64,000 bases of DNA. It comes from an uncultured Chloroflexia bacterium. GTDB taxonomy: Bacteria > Chloroflexota > Limnocylindria > Limnocylindrales > CSP1-4. The position numbers were made by a program, and so were the translations under genes. Under the pieces are notes generated by a model. That model was not told where the DNA came from. It worked only from the letters and a program-made list of their open reading frames with translations, and searched no databases. Positions 1-9,300 of this stretch are shown one piece after another. Every line of letters begins with the position of its first letter. The stretch's first letter is position 1. The stretch spans positions 133,391 through 197,390 of the forward strand of contig CAVPHR010000006.1 in assembly GCA_963704775.1 (NCBI GenBank), read 5' to 3'.

Positions 1-421
1 CGACGAGATCGACCGCCGTGGCGGCATGGTCGCGGCCATCACCGAGGGCTATCCGCAGCGCGAGATCGCCGACGCGGCGTACCGCTATCAGCAGGAGTTC
101 GACGCGGGCGAGCGCCGGGTCGTCGGGGTCAACGCCTATATCGACGCCTCGGAGGTCACCAGCGTGCCCGTCCTCCAGGTGCCCACGGGCTCGTTCGAGG
201 CGCACATGGAGCGACTGGCCCGGACACGCCGGGAGCGTGACGCCGAGGCCGTCGGGGCCGCCCTCGCGGGGCTCCGCGACGCCGCCCGCCGGCCGGGCAC
301 GTCCGAGACCAACCTGATGCCCCACTTCATCCGCTGCGCCGCGGCCTACGCCACGCTCGGGGAGCAGTGCGGCGTCCTGCGCGAGGCGTTCGGCGAGTAC
401 CGGGAGCCGGTCGCGGTCTGA
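1..421 (+). CDS. methylmalonyl-CoA mutase large (catalytic) subunit, C-terminal fragment; gene begins upstream of window
   Basis: In-frame from position 2. The translation (AITEGYPQREIADAAYRYQQEFDAGERRVVGVNAY..ETNLMPHFIRCAAAYATLGEQCGVLREAFGEYREP) matches the conserved C-terminal end of the MCM TIM-barrel chain. TGA stop at 419-421. Confidence 0.8.
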   Translation, partial: DEIDRRGGMVAAITEGYPQREIADAAYRYQQEFDAGERRVVGVNAYIDASEVTSVPVLQVPTGSFEAHMERLARTRRERDAEAVGAALAGLRDAARRPGTSETNLMPHFIRCAAAYATLGEQCGVLREAFGEYREPVAV

Positions 422-430
422 GACAGCCCG

Positions 431-2752
431 CTAGACGGAGCCGCGCGCCGATTCGACCGAGCCGGGCTCGACCACGGGATCGCCGTAGTCGCGCCACGCC
501 TTGGCGCCCCACGCCATCCCGGCAACGATGAGGACGATCCCGGCGGCCACGATGAGCACGATCCACGGGTTCGCCCCGATCAGCATCCACGCGGCGAGGG
601 TGATGCCGATGGCCATGAACCCGATCGAAGACGCGATCGCCGGCTTCCGATCGACCGGCACGTCACCGACCAGGCCATACGCGATCTGGCGCTCCGCGCG
701 GTCCCAGAGCGACCAGCGGTTGCGTCCGGCGCTCAGGACCAGGAACGCGACGACCCAGATCACGACGTACGCGACCTCGGCGACCTCGAGGCTCTCGATG
801 CTGAAGATCGTGATGACCGCGGCCGCCATCGCGAGCGTGAACAAGATCGACGACGTGGCACCGAAGGCACTCGAGAGCGCCGGGGCCCGAACGGTGTTCA
901 CCAGCCTGCTCGTGCCGATGGTCAACAGGCCGACGGCCGCTGTCACGAACAGGCCCGGTGCCCAGGCCGGCCAGCCGGCCCCGAGCAGCAAGTGGTGGTC
1001 GGGGGCGACGTAGACGCTGATCACGGAAACGACCAGGAACACGATCAGCACGCTCTCGACGCCGAGCATGACGTTGCGGATCGGCGCGCCCCTCGGCCAG
1101 GCCCGGTACGCCTGGATCGGCGCGAAGGCGATCTGCAGTGCCGCGATCAGGACGACCGCCTGGAGCACGCCGAGGCCGAAGGTCGTGACAACGTCCGCGA
1201 TCTCGCCCTGCTGCACGGAGATGATCGGGAGGTCGAACTCGATGCTCGGCAGGGTCGTCGTGCTGAAGGTCCGGATGGCATCGATGACGTCGGCGACGAT
1301 CGGGATACGGGGGAGGATCGAGGCGACCTCGGTCCCGATCGTGATCAGCCGCTCCGGTCGCCAGCCGAGGGCCAATGCGATGGTACCCACCGGGATCGCG
1401 AGCGCGACCTGACGCCACAGGGCCACGGTCGCCACGCGCTGGCGATGACGGTGGACGCGCGGGTCGGCCATCGCGCGCGGGTCGTCGACCGCCTCGTCGG
1501 GCACCACGCTCGGACTGGCCCCAGGGTCGGGCGGGTAGAAGCGCGACGCCTCGCCCCAGCCGTCGGGCACGTCGATCTCGCGCATCAGGGGCACGACGAA
1601 CTCCTCGTCGTTGTCGAAGTAGCCGCCGTGGTCCTCGATCAGGCTGCGCCGATTCCACACGCGGAACGAGCGGACGCGGTCGGCACCGACGATAGGCGGC
1701 TGGATCTCGCCGAGCGCCAGCGCGCCCGCGGGCGCCGGGTCGTGGCTGCCCCAGAAGTCGCGCCAGCGGAGATCCGCGTGTGCAGCGGTGATGTCCCGGC
1801 GCAACCGGTCGGCCATCCCGACGTCGGCCGGCGTGAGTCGCAGGGCGAGGTTCCAGCCTTCGCCGAAGGTCACCAGCTTGTCGACGTCGAGCGCCTTCGG
1901 ATCGAGGGCCGGATCGGTGAGGGCCAGGTAGCTGACCATCACCCCGCCCGAGTGCGCCACGACGACGATCCGGTCGCATCCCCCGACCTCGCGCAGGCGG
2001 GACACTGCCTCGGCGAGACCGCCGCGGATGTTCGCCGATTGGGCGGGGTCGAAGAGGAGGATCCGCACGTCCCCGAACCAGCCGGTCAGGAAGTCGTCGA
2101 ACGTGTGCAGGATCGCGGCGTCCTTGACCGCCTGGATCGGGATGATCGCGGTCAGTCCGCGCAGCAGCCCGTACAGCGTCAGGATGATCCCCGACAGCAC
2201 CGAGACGAACGGCACGACTGCAGCCTTCGACACCGTGAGGAGCACGCCCTCGGTCCTATTGCCGAGGATCCCGTCCACGACCTGTGCGGCGCCGCCGCGC
2301 AGACCAAGCCAGTTCGTGATCGTGTTCAGGCCGGGCGGCGCGACCTTGGATGCCCACCACGCCTCGGTCATGAGCCATTCGCGCTCGGGGTGCACCACCT
2401 CGTCGCCAGTGGTCGCGGCAGGCACCCGAAGCGAGATCGTGGGGAGCGTGCTCGAGAAGTCGATCGTCGCGCGCAGGACCGGGTCGCGAGGGCCTGGGTC
2501 GGGCGGCACGGTCGGCAGGTTGCCGTGCCACGCCGTCAGCACCTCGATGATCGGCGCCGACCACTGGAGCAGGGTCTCAGCGGGCTTCTGGGAGCCGATC
2601 CCGTGGACGAAGACGACGCCCGTCCGGCCGACGGTCCGGGTCGGCTCGCCCGCGTCCAGCGCCCCGCTCGCCGGCGCGCCCGTCGGCTCCGGGCGGGGCC
2701 GGGCTCGCGAGAGCTCGGACGCGTAGATGCCCTGACTCTTGGTCGTCGCCAT
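431..2752 (-). CDS. membrane-integral alpha/beta-hydrolase-fold protein, 773 aa. The hydrolase-like N-terminal part (GVVFVHGIGS ... VVVAHSGGV nucleophile elbow) is interrupted and followed by about 10 predicted TM helices.
   Basis: Long ORF starting at ATG 2752. Lipase/esterase-type GXSXG-like motif AHSGG. Many hydrophobic stretches of about 20 aa in the C-terminal half. Confidence 0.6.
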   Translation of the reverse strand: MATTKSQGIYASELSRARPRPEPTGAPASGALDAGEPTRTVGRTGVVFVHGIGSQKPAETLLQWSAPIIEVLTAWHGNLPTVPPDPGPRDPVLRATIDFSSTLPTISLRVPAATTGDEVVHPEREWLMTEAWWASKVAPPGLNTITNWLGLRGGAAQVVDGILGNRTEGVLLTVSKAAVVPFVSVLSGIILTLYGLLRGLTAIIPIQAVKDAAILHTFDDFLTGWFGDVRILLFDPAQSANIRGGLAEAVSRLREVGGCDRIVVVAHSGGVMVSYLALTDPALDPKALDVDKLVTFGEGWNLALRLTPADVGMADRLRRDITAAHADLRWRDFWGSHDPAPAGALALGEIQPPIVGADRVRSFRVWNRRSLIEDHGGYFDNDEEFVVPLMREIDVPDGWGEASRFYPPDPGASPSVVPDEAVDDPRAMADPRVHRHRQRVATVALWRQVALAIPVGTIALALGWRPERLITIGTEVASILPRIPIVADVIDAIRTFSTTTLPSIEFDLPIISVQQGEIADVVTTFGLGVLQAVVLIAALQIAFAPIQAYRAWPRGAPIRNVMLGVESVLIVFLVVSVISVYVAPDHHLLLGAGWPAWAPGLFVTAAVGLLTIGTSRLVNTVRAPALSSAFGATSSILFTLAMAAAVITIFSIESLEVAEVAYVVIWVVAFLVLSAGRNRWSLWDRAERQIAYGLVGDVPVDRKPAIASSIGFMAIGITLAAWMLIGANPWIVLIVAAGIVLIVAGMAWGAKAWRDYGDPVVEPGSVESARGSV

Positions 2753-2811
2753 GACATCCCAGATGATGACCGGGCCGCGTCACATTCGCGTCGCGTCCGT
2801 ACCATGTCGGC

Positions 2812-3294
2812 ATGTATCTCGACGCGATGGAGTTCCTCGACGAGGAGCACGACGCCTGGGCGCCCTACGAGCCGCTGGCCGAGCTCACCGACGCACAAGC
2901 CGGGCTCGTGGTGGAGGCCGCGCACGGCTGGTCGGCACGCGACCTGATGGCGCACATGTCGGCGTGGCAGGCCGTTGCCCTCGACATCGCCCGCGAGTTG
3001 GCGGTGGGGGAGACGAGTCCGACGATCGCGCGCGTCGACGCCGACTGGAAGGCCCGCGGTGGCGAGGTCGTCAACGCCGAGATCCAGGCCCAGTGGGCGG
3101 CCATGCCGCTCGATGAGCTGCGCGACCGCTTCCGGAGCCAGCCGGGCGAGCTGCGCGGGACGCTGACGGTGGTGCCGGAGACGCGTTGGGTGAAGCACGC
3201 CGAGCACATGAAGTCGCTGCACGACGAGACGGTCGACCATTACGAGGCCCACCTCGAGGACCTCGCCGCGATCCTGGCGGCGGCAGGGCGTTGA
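2812..3294 (+). CDS. DinB/YfiT-like helical-bundle family hypothetical protein
   Basis: 160-aa ORF. His-containing helical segments (HGWSARDLMAHMSAWQ ... HAEHMKSLHDE) resemble DinB_2/mycothiol-dependent enzyme N-terminal-domain proteins. Confidence 0.5.
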   Translation: MYLDAMEFLDEEHDAWAPYEPLAELTDAQAGLVVEAAHGWSARDLMAHMSAWQAVALDIARELAVGETSPTIARVDADWKARGGEVVNAEIQAQWAAMPLDELRDRFRSQPGELRGTLTVVPETRWVKHAEHMKSLHDETVDHYEAHLEDLAAILAAAGR

Positions 3295-3599
3295 CCCTCG
3301 GCGATCTCCTCCAGGCTGCGGCCGCCGATGCCGGCACCGACGTGACCGGCCTGCCCGATGGAGGCACGGCGTTCGCCGTCGGGGCGACGACGGTGGCCGC
3401 GGTGTCCGCGGACGGATCGAGCGCCGAGTTCCGGCTGGATCCGGCGGTCGCGGCGGCGGCTCAGCGCACCCCCGACACCTCGGCGTCCGAGCGAGGATCG
3501 GACTGGGTCCGATTCAGCCCGGTGACGCTCGACCCGCATGCCGCCGACCGGGCCGTGGCGTGGCTCGGGTCCGCCGCCCGGCGCGTCAAGGGCAGCTGA
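3291..3599 (+). CDS. hypothetical Ala-rich protein (about 100 aa, start uncertain, possibly TTG overlapping the upstream stop)
   Basis: Open frame with ordinary amino-acid composition, ending just before a strong hairpin. No recognisable family. Confidence 0.3.
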   Translation: MTLGDLLQAAAADAGTDVTGLPDGGTAFAVGATTVAAVSADGSSAEFRLDPAVAAAAQRTPDTSASERGSDWVRFSPVTLDPHAADRAVAWLGSAARRVKGS

Positions 3600-3633
3600 C
3601 CCGGACGGAGCCTGTCGACCGCCAGAATCGAAC

Positions 3634-3658
3634 GACCCCGGTCCTGGGGACCGGGGTC
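3634..3658. terminator. bidirectional stem-loop between convergent genes (GACCCCGGTCC-tgg-GGACCGGGGTC)
   Basis: Perfect 11-bp inverted repeat with a 3-nt loop, lying between the 3' ends of the + gene ending at 3599 and the thioredoxin gene (-). Confidence 0.6.
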
Positions 3659-3676
3659 GGTGCGTGGAGTGGGCGG

Positions 3677-4021
3677 CTATTCGGCGTCGGCGGTCACGAA
3701 CTCGGCGAGGCCGAACTGCTGCTCGAGCTGCTCGAGCGGTCGGAAGCCCACCACGCCCTGCGGCTGCGCGCCGGGCTTGAAGAACGCGATCGTCGGGATG
3801 CTCAGGATGTTGAACGCCTGCGACAGGCGCGGGTTCGCATCGACGTCCACCTTCACGACGTCGACGGAGCCGTCGTACTTCGCGGCGAGCTTCTCCATCT
3901 CGGGCGCGACCATCTTGCAGGGACCGCACCAGGCGGCCCAGAAGTCGACGACGACCGGACGCTCCGCCTTCAAGACCAATTCTTCGAAGTTCGCGTCCGT
4001 CGCGACCTTGATCTCCGCCAT
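3677..4021 (-). CDS. trxA: thioredoxin
   Basis: 114-aa translation MAEIKVATDANFEELVLKAERPVVVDFWAAWCGPCKMVAPEMEKLAAKY... carries the canonical WCGPC active site. Confidence 0.9.
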   Translation of the reverse strand: MAEIKVATDANFEELVLKAERPVVVDFWAAWCGPCKMVAPEMEKLAAKYDGSVDVVKVDVDANPRLSQAFNILSIPTIAFFKPGAQPQGVVGFRPLEQLEQQFGLAEFVTADAE

Positions 4022-4080
4022 GTGGATCTGTTCCTTCCTCCCGCCCTCCGGCGAGATCCGAACCCGGACTGGGCCGGGCG

Positions 4081-4392
4081 TTACGCGCTCGCCTCGCGAG
4101 CGATGTCCTGGATGAGTCGATAGGCCTCGAGGACCCTTGGGTCGGCGAGGCGATACAGGATGGTGTTGCCGTCTCTTCGGCTGGTCACCAACCCCACGTT
4201 GCGCAGCACCGCGAGGTGCTGGCTCATGTTGGGTACCTGGCACCCGACCCGGTTGCTCAGATCGCTGACGGACAGCTCGCCGATGGCGAGTGACTCGAGG
4301 ACGCACAGGCGTTTCGGATCCGCCAAAGCCCGACCGATCGCGGCGTACCGCTCACGATCGATCTCGGCCGAGACCGGAAGGTAGTCCAACAC
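4081..4392 (-). CDS. ArsR/SmtB family transcriptional regulator
   Basis: 103-aa wHTH protein (DPKRLCVLESLAIGELSVSDLSNRVGCQVPNMSQHLAVLRNVGLV), GTG start. Divergent from a PLP-enzyme gene, with an operator-like palindrome between them. Confidence 0.8.
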   Translation of the reverse strand: MLDYLPVSAEIDRERYAAIGRALADPKRLCVLESLAIGELSVSDLSNRVGCQVPNMSQHLAVLRNVGLVTSRRDGNTILYRLADPRVLEAYRLIQDIAREASA

Positions 4393-4407
4393 CGCTCAAC
4401 GATATCA

Positions 4408-4431
4408 GTACTTGCGCAAACTCGCAAGTAC
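4408..4431. promoter_or_regulatory. putative ArsR operator: perfect 9-6-9 palindrome GTACTTGCG-CAAACT-CGCAAGTAC in an AT-rich divergent promoter region
   Basis: Read directly from the sequence. It lies 16 bp upstream of the ArsR start and about 47 bp upstream of the dehydratase start. Confidence 0.55.
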
Positions 4432-4477
4432 GTTTCTCGCGGTCGCCGGGCAGGGCCGGCACGGCATACTCCCGCCC

Positions 4478-5509
4478 ATGACCGACGCGGATCCAAGTCT
4501 TGACGTCACGCTCGACCAGATCATCGCTGCCCGAGAGCTGATCGGCGGGCTCGTCCATCGGACGCCGCTGTTCTCGTCGGTGACGGCCGCCGCGTGGGTG
4601 ACCGCCGCCGGCGCGGTCAACATCGCGGACAGCCGCCTGTACCTCAAGGCCGAGCACTTCCAGAAGACCGGCTCGTTCAAGGCCCGCGGGATGGCGAATC
4701 GCATCGCCACGCTGAGCGACGAGGCCCGCTCCCGCGGCGCGATCACGCTCTCGGCGGGGAACGCCGGCCAGGCGTACGCGTGGGCGGGCCGGGCGGCCGG
4801 CGTGCCGGTCACCGTCGTCATGCCGTCGGGGGCGGTGCGCTCCAAGGTGGATGCGTGCCTCGCGTACGGAGCCCGGGTCGTCCTCCACGGGGCCCATGTC
4901 GGGGAGGCCCTCGCCGAGATGGAGCGGATCCGTGACGCCGAGGGATTGACCTACTGCCATCCGTTCGACGACCCCATGGTCATCGCCGGCCACGGGACCG
5001 CCGGGCTGGAGTTGGTCGAGGACCTGCCCAACGTCGATGTCGTCGTGGTCGGGGTCGGCGGCGGGGGGCTGATCAGCGGGATCGCGGCCGCGGTCAAGGG
5101 CCTGCGACCATCGGTTCGCGTCTACGGCGTCGAGCCCGAGCGCTCGAATGCCCTGTCGCTCGCCCTGGAGCGCGGCGAGATCGTGCAGATCCAGCCCGAG
5201 AGCGTCGCCGACGGTCTGGGTGCCCCGTTCGCCGGGGCATGGACGCTCGCGATGGCCCGTCGCTACGTCGATGGCGTGATCCTGCTCGACGACCCCACGA
5301 TCCTGGCCGGCTTGCGCTTCATGCTCGAGCGCGGCAAGCAGCTCCTGGAGCCGGCCGGCGCCGCCGCCCTCGCCGCTGTCCTGGCGGGCCGCGTGCCGAT
5401 CGAGGACGGGGAGCGCGTGGCGGTCATCCTCTCGGGCGGCAACGTGGAGATCGGCCGGCTCGGAACGCTGCTCGATGCCGCGGGCACGTTGCCCGGGGCC
5501 ACGGCGTGA
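4478..5509 (+). CDS. threonine/serine dehydratase (PLP-dependent, fold type II, short catabolic form)
   Basis: 343 aa. PLP-lysine motif FQKTGSFKARG, Gly-rich loop VGVGGGGLISG, and overall TdcB/IlvA-short-form architecture. Confidence 0.8.
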   Translation: MTDADPSLDVTLDQIIAARELIGGLVHRTPLFSSVTAAAWVTAAGAVNIADSRLYLKAEHFQKTGSFKARGMANRIATLSDEARSRGAITLSAGNAGQAYAWAGRAAGVPVTVVMPSGAVRSKVDACLAYGARVVLHGAHVGEALAEMERIRDAEGLTYCHPFDDPMVIAGHGTAGLELVEDLPNVDVVVVGVGGGGLISGIAAAVKGLRPSVRVYGVEPERSNALSLALERGEIVQIQPESVADGLGAPFAGAWTLAMARRYVDGVILLDDPTILAGLRFMLERGKQLLEPAGAAALAAVLAGRVPIEDGERVAVILSGGNVEIGRLGTLLDAAGTLPGATA

Positions 5510-6744
5510 CGGAGGGGCCACCGGACGGCGCGGACGAGGACGGCCCTGCTCCGCCGCCCGAAGAGCCGCCACCGACCGTGGCGAAGAAACCGCCGCCGGC
5601 CGACGAGCCACCGCCGCCCCCGGCCGAGCTGACGGAGCCCAACAACCTGCCGCCGCCCGCAGAGCCGCCGGCCGAGCCGCTGCGACCACAAGCCCCCGTC
5701 GGCCTGAACCCTCCACCGCCGCCGGCGCCTCCGCTCGAATCGACCCGCCGGCTCGTCGGGGCCAGCTTCGACCTGCTGTCCCGGGCGTCGGACGAGATGC
5801 GAGCCGCGTCGTTCTATGTGGGGGCGATCGTCCTCGGCACGGTCGGCCCGTTCGCCCTCGCAAGCTGGGTCCTCGAGGTCTCCACGCTCCACCGCACGGT
5901 CGACCAGGCCGCCACGCTCATGAGCGGCGGCGCCGGCGCCTGGTACGGGCTGCTCGCGATCCCGGCGCTCATCGGCGGATTCGTGGCGCTCGTGGAGAGC
6001 CGGACGATGGCGGCCGGGATCCTGGGCGGGCGACTGGCCGGCCGGCCGCTCACCGTTCGCCAGGGCCTCGCCCGTTCGCGGATGGTGTTCTGGCGGGCCG
6101 TCGTGGCCTCGATCGTCGCGGGCGTGCCGCTGGCCCTCCTCCAGGGCGCCGTGGAGGCCGTGCTCGCGGACGTCTTCGACATGACCGGGGAGGTCACGGT
6201 TGCCGTGTCGATCGTGGTGACCGCGCTCTTCGGGGCGCCGCTCGCCTACATGCTCGCCGGCGTCGTCCTGGGCGACGTCGACCCGTTCGAGGCGTTGCGC
6301 CGGTCGATCCGGGTCTTCCGTGCGCGCAAGATCGCCGCGATCGTCGTGGCGCTGGTCGAGACGAGCACCGGCCTGCTGATCCTCTTCGGGCTTGGTGCGG
6401 GCCTGGACATCGCGCTGCGCCTGCTCGATGCGCTCGGCCTCGGGGCGAGCTCCGGGCCCGCCGGCCTGATCCTGGTCACGATCGGCATCGCGGCCGGGAC
6501 GTTCGCCCTCGGAACGCTGATCTACACGGTCACGGCCATCGCGCTCGCGCCACAGGTCGTGATGTTCGTGGGGCTGACCCACGCGACGATCGGGCTCGAC
6601 CATGTCCGCCCGGGCGGCGATCGCGCCCCGGATCGTCGGGGATCCGGCTGGCCCGCCTTCCGGATGTTCGGGCGCGGGATGCTGCTCGCGATCGTGATCG
6701 GCTGGCTGATGCTTGCCCTCGTGGCGTTCCTGCTCCTGCGCTGA
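5506..6744 (+). CDS. integral membrane protein with a Pro-rich N-terminal region (GP-PDE-membrane-domain-like topology)
   Basis: GTG start overlapping the upstream stop (GTGA). Pro/Glu-rich N-terminus followed by about 7 hydrophobic helices. Confidence 0.55.
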   Translation: MTEGPPDGADEDGPAPPPEEPPPTVAKKPPPADEPPPPPAELTEPNNLPPPAEPPAEPLRPQAPVGLNPPPPPAPPLESTRRLVGASFDLLSRASDEMRAASFYVGAIVLGTVGPFALASWVLEVSTLHRTVDQAATLMSGGAGAWYGLLAIPALIGGFVALVESRTMAAGILGGRLAGRPLTVRQGLARSRMVFWRAVVASIVAGVPLALLQGAVEAVLADVFDMTGEVTVAVSIVVTALFGAPLAYMLAGVVLGDVDPFEALRRSIRVFRARKIAAIVVALVETSTGLLILFGLGAGLDIALRLLDALGLGASSGPAGLILVTIGIAAGTFALGTLIYTVTAIALAPQVVMFVGLTHATIGLDHVRPGGDRAPDRRGSGWPAFRMFGRGMLLAIVIGWLMLALVAFLLLR

Positions 6745-6747
6745 CCG

Positions 6748-7164
6748 TCAGTCCACGCCCAGCTCGTGGAGCCGGGCGTCGTCGATGCCCAGGTGATGAG
6801 CCAGCTCGTGGACGACCGTGAGCCAGACCTCGTCCTCGAGCTCGTCCGGATCGGCGAAGTCGGCCTCGAGCGGCAGCCGGAACAGGGTGATCCGGTTGGG
6901 GACCGGTGCCCAGTCGGCACCCCACTCGGTCCGCGGCACGCCCTCGTACAGACCGTAGAGCGTGGCGTCGGGATCAGGGTCGGAGTCGGACTCGCCGAGC
7001 TGGTCGGCCGTCGGCTCGTCCTCGATCACGATCGCGACCTCATCGAGGGCCTCGGCGAATGGCATCGGGATGGTGCCGAGGGCGCGTTCGACCAGCTCCT
7101 CGAACGGGCGGTGGCGGGAGGGTCGGGATGGGGCGTTGCGCGAGCCCCGGCGGCGCTTGGCCAT
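6748..7164 (-). CDS. zincin-like metallopeptidase family protein (PF06262-like; HELAHHLG motif)
   Basis: 138 aa. HEXXH motif in ...VVHELAHHLGIDDARLHELG. Acidic middle region typical of this family. Confidence 0.65.
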   Translation of the reverse strand: MAKRRRGSRNAPSRPSRHRPFEELVERALGTIPMPFAEALDEVAIVIEDEPTADQLGESDSDPDPDATLYGLYEGVPRTEWGADWAPVPNRITLFRLPLEADFADPDELEDEVWLTVVHELAHHLGIDDARLHELGVD

Positions 7165-7185
7165 GGCGCCCGTATCCTAGGCTCG

Positions 7186-8139
7186 ATGGAGTCACCGCCC
7201 GACATTGTCCCGGCGCCGGACCCGACGGCCGAGCCAGAGGGCTTCATCGTCACCGCCGATTCGGGTGATCGGATCCACTTCCTCGACTGGGGCGGCCCGA
7301 CCGATCCGTCCGCCCCGGCGACGCCGGGCGTCCTGCTCATCCACGGCCTCTCGACGACGGCCTGGGCGTGGACGCCCGTCGCGCGCCGATCGCGCGCCGT
7401 TCGGCACGTCGTGGCCATGGATCTCCGCGGTCACGGCCTCTCGGACGCGCCGACCGAGGACGGCGCGTACGACCTCGCCGAGCTGGCCCGTGACGCGATC
7501 GCGGTCGCCGAGGGCTCGGGCCTGCTGGTCGAGCCGGACGACCGCGTCGTCCTCGCCGGTCACGGGTTCGGGGCGATGGTCGCGGCCGAGGCCGCGCTGG
7601 CCCTTGGCGAGCGGTGCGCCGGCGTCGTGCTGGTCGACGGCGGCTGGGAATCCCTCGAGGCCTCGACCGGCCTCGACGTCGAGGGGTTCCTGCGCGGCCT
7701 CGACGAGCCCCCGGAGGTCCTGCGCTCGATGACGGCGTTCCTCGCGGATCGGGCTGCGTTCGATCCGGCGACCTGGGACGCCGATCAGGAGCAGGCCACG
7801 CGGGCCACCGTCGTCGAGACCCACGCGGGACGCGTCGTCCCGGTCACGCGACCGCACGTGCTCGGCGCGTGTGTCCGCACGATGTTCGCCTACGATCCGT
7901 TGACGACCGTGCCCCTGATCGAGGCGCCGGTGGTCGTGCTGGTCGCGGCTGGATCGGCCGACGATGCGCCCGGCGCCAGGGATCGCGCCCTCGAGGCCAC
8001 AGCGGCAGCCCGGATCGCCGCTGGCAACCCACCCCTCGAGACCGTGTCGTTCCGGCACGACGGGCACAACCTGATGCGCTACCGTCCCGATGCGGTCAGC
8101 GCGGCGGCCCTGGGGGTCGCCGGCCGGGCCCGGGACTGA
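7186..8139 (+). CDS. alpha/beta hydrolase
   Basis: 317 aa with HGLSTTAWAW..., nucleophile elbow AGHGFGAM and a typical fold. ATG at 7186. Confidence 0.75.
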   Translation: MESPPDIVPAPDPTAEPEGFIVTADSGDRIHFLDWGGPTDPSAPATPGVLLIHGLSTTAWAWTPVARRSRAVRHVVAMDLRGHGLSDAPTEDGAYDLAELARDAIAVAEGSGLLVEPDDRVVLAGHGFGAMVAAEAALALGERCAGVVLVDGGWESLEASTGLDVEGFLRGLDEPPEVLRSMTAFLADRAAFDPATWDADQEQATRATVVETHAGRVVPVTRPHVLGACVRTMFAYDPLTTVPLIEAPVVVLVAAGSADDAPGARDRALEATAAARIAAGNPPLETVSFRHDGHNLMRYRPDAVSAAALGVAGRARD

Positions 8140-8147
8140 GGGATCCG

Positions 8148-9263
8148 ATGCAGGTCGTCTACACGCCGGCCCATCTCGGCCACGACATCACGCTCGAGAC
8201 GTTCATGGGCCAGGCCATCCCGGCGAACGAGGTCGCGGAGCGGGCCGAGATCATCCGGCGGACGCTCGAGGCGGACGGCGGCTTCGAGACCATCGGCCCG
8301 ACCGAGCACGGCGAGGCGCCGATCACGGCCGTCCACGATCCGGGGCTCCTGCGGTTCCTGGAGGTGGCCTGGTCGGAGGTCCGTCGGCAGGCTCTCCCGG
8401 TGGCGTTCCTCTCGGCCGACACGTACCCGAACCACTCGATGTTCGAGGGGATGAGCCCCGATGCCGTCGCGCGCCTGGTCCGCGAACCGGAGCATGCCGC
8501 TGGCCGGGCGGGGTTCTGGGGCCTCGACTCGGCGGCGCCGCTCGTCGCCGGCACGTACCCGGCGGCACGGGCTGCGGTCGACGTGGCACTCACGACGGTC
8601 GACCTCGTCCTGGGCGGCGCCACGCTCGCGTACGGCCTGTGCCGGCCGCCCGGGCATCACGCCGCACGATCGATGTACGGCGGCTACTGCTTCTTCAACA
8701 ACGCGGCGATCGCGGCCGAGGCGATCACGCAGCAGACCGGCGAGCGCGTCGCGATCATCGACGTCGACTACCACCACGGCAACGGCAGCCAGCAGATCTT
8801 CTGGCGGCGCGGCGACGTGCGGTACGTCTCGATCCACGCCGACCCACAGCGCGCCTACCCGTACTTCCTCGGCCGCGCCGACGAGACCGGCGAGGGCGAC
8901 GGGGCAGGGGAGAACCTCAACATCCCGCTGCGGGCCGGCGCGACCAACGCCGACTACCTCGAGGCGACGGACCAGGCCGTGGCCGCGATCGCGGCGGTCC
9001 CGGGCTCGGTGGTCGTCGTGTCGCTCGGCTTCGACACCTACGGGCTGGACCCGATCGGGGACTTCGCGCTGACGACCGAGGTGTACCACGAGGTCGGCCG
9101 GCGGGTGGCGGCTCTCGGCCGGCGACTCGTCATCCTCCAGGAGGGTGGCTACCACCGCCCGTCGCTGGGCGAGAACGCCCGTGCCTGGCTGCGCGGCGCC
9201 GAGGGCCGCTCGTACGAACCGCTGCCGGCGGCGGGCTTTGCCGCGGGCGGGTCCGTCGTCTAG
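8148..9263 (+). CDS. histone deacetylase/AcuC/acetylpolyamine-amidohydrolase family protein
   Basis: 371 aa with HDAC-family motifs (RPPGHHA, DVDYHHGNG, GGY). Intact. Confidence 0.8.
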   Translation: MQVVYTPAHLGHDITLETFMGQAIPANEVAERAEIIRRTLEADGGFETIGPTEHGEAPITAVHDPGLLRFLEVAWSEVRRQALPVAFLSADTYPNHSMFEGMSPDAVARLVREPEHAAGRAGFWGLDSAAPLVAGTYPAARAAVDVALTTVDLVLGGATLAYGLCRPPGHHAARSMYGGYCFFNNAAIAAEAITQQTGERVAIIDVDYHHGNGSQQIFWRRGDVRYVSIHADPQRAYPYFLGRADETGEGDGAGENLNIPLRAGATNADYLEATDQAVAAIAAVPGSVVVVSLGFDTYGLDPIGDFALTTEVYHEVGRRVAALGRRLVILQEGGYHRPSLGENARAWLRGAEGRSYEPLPAAGFAAGGSVV

Positions 9264-9300
9264 AGGACGGCGCCCAGCGCCGTGATGCCGGGGCGCATGC

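Noticed and set aside
663-2947. Long ORFs 663..1979(-) and 992..2947(+), each over 400 aa
   Set aside because: They overlap the well-supported 773-aa membrane hydrolase gene in other frames. Their translations are Arg/Pro/Gly-rich, which is the typical look of out-of-frame translation of high-GC coding DNA.
4352-6603. ORFs 4352..5863(-) and 5263..6603(-)
   Set aside because: Antisense to the threonine dehydratase and the Pro-rich membrane protein. Arg/Gly-rich junk composition.
6766-7185. N-terminal extension of the 6766..8139 ORF (457 aa)
   Set aside because: The extension is antisense to the zincin-like peptidase gene. The real alpha/beta hydrolase begins at ATG 7186.
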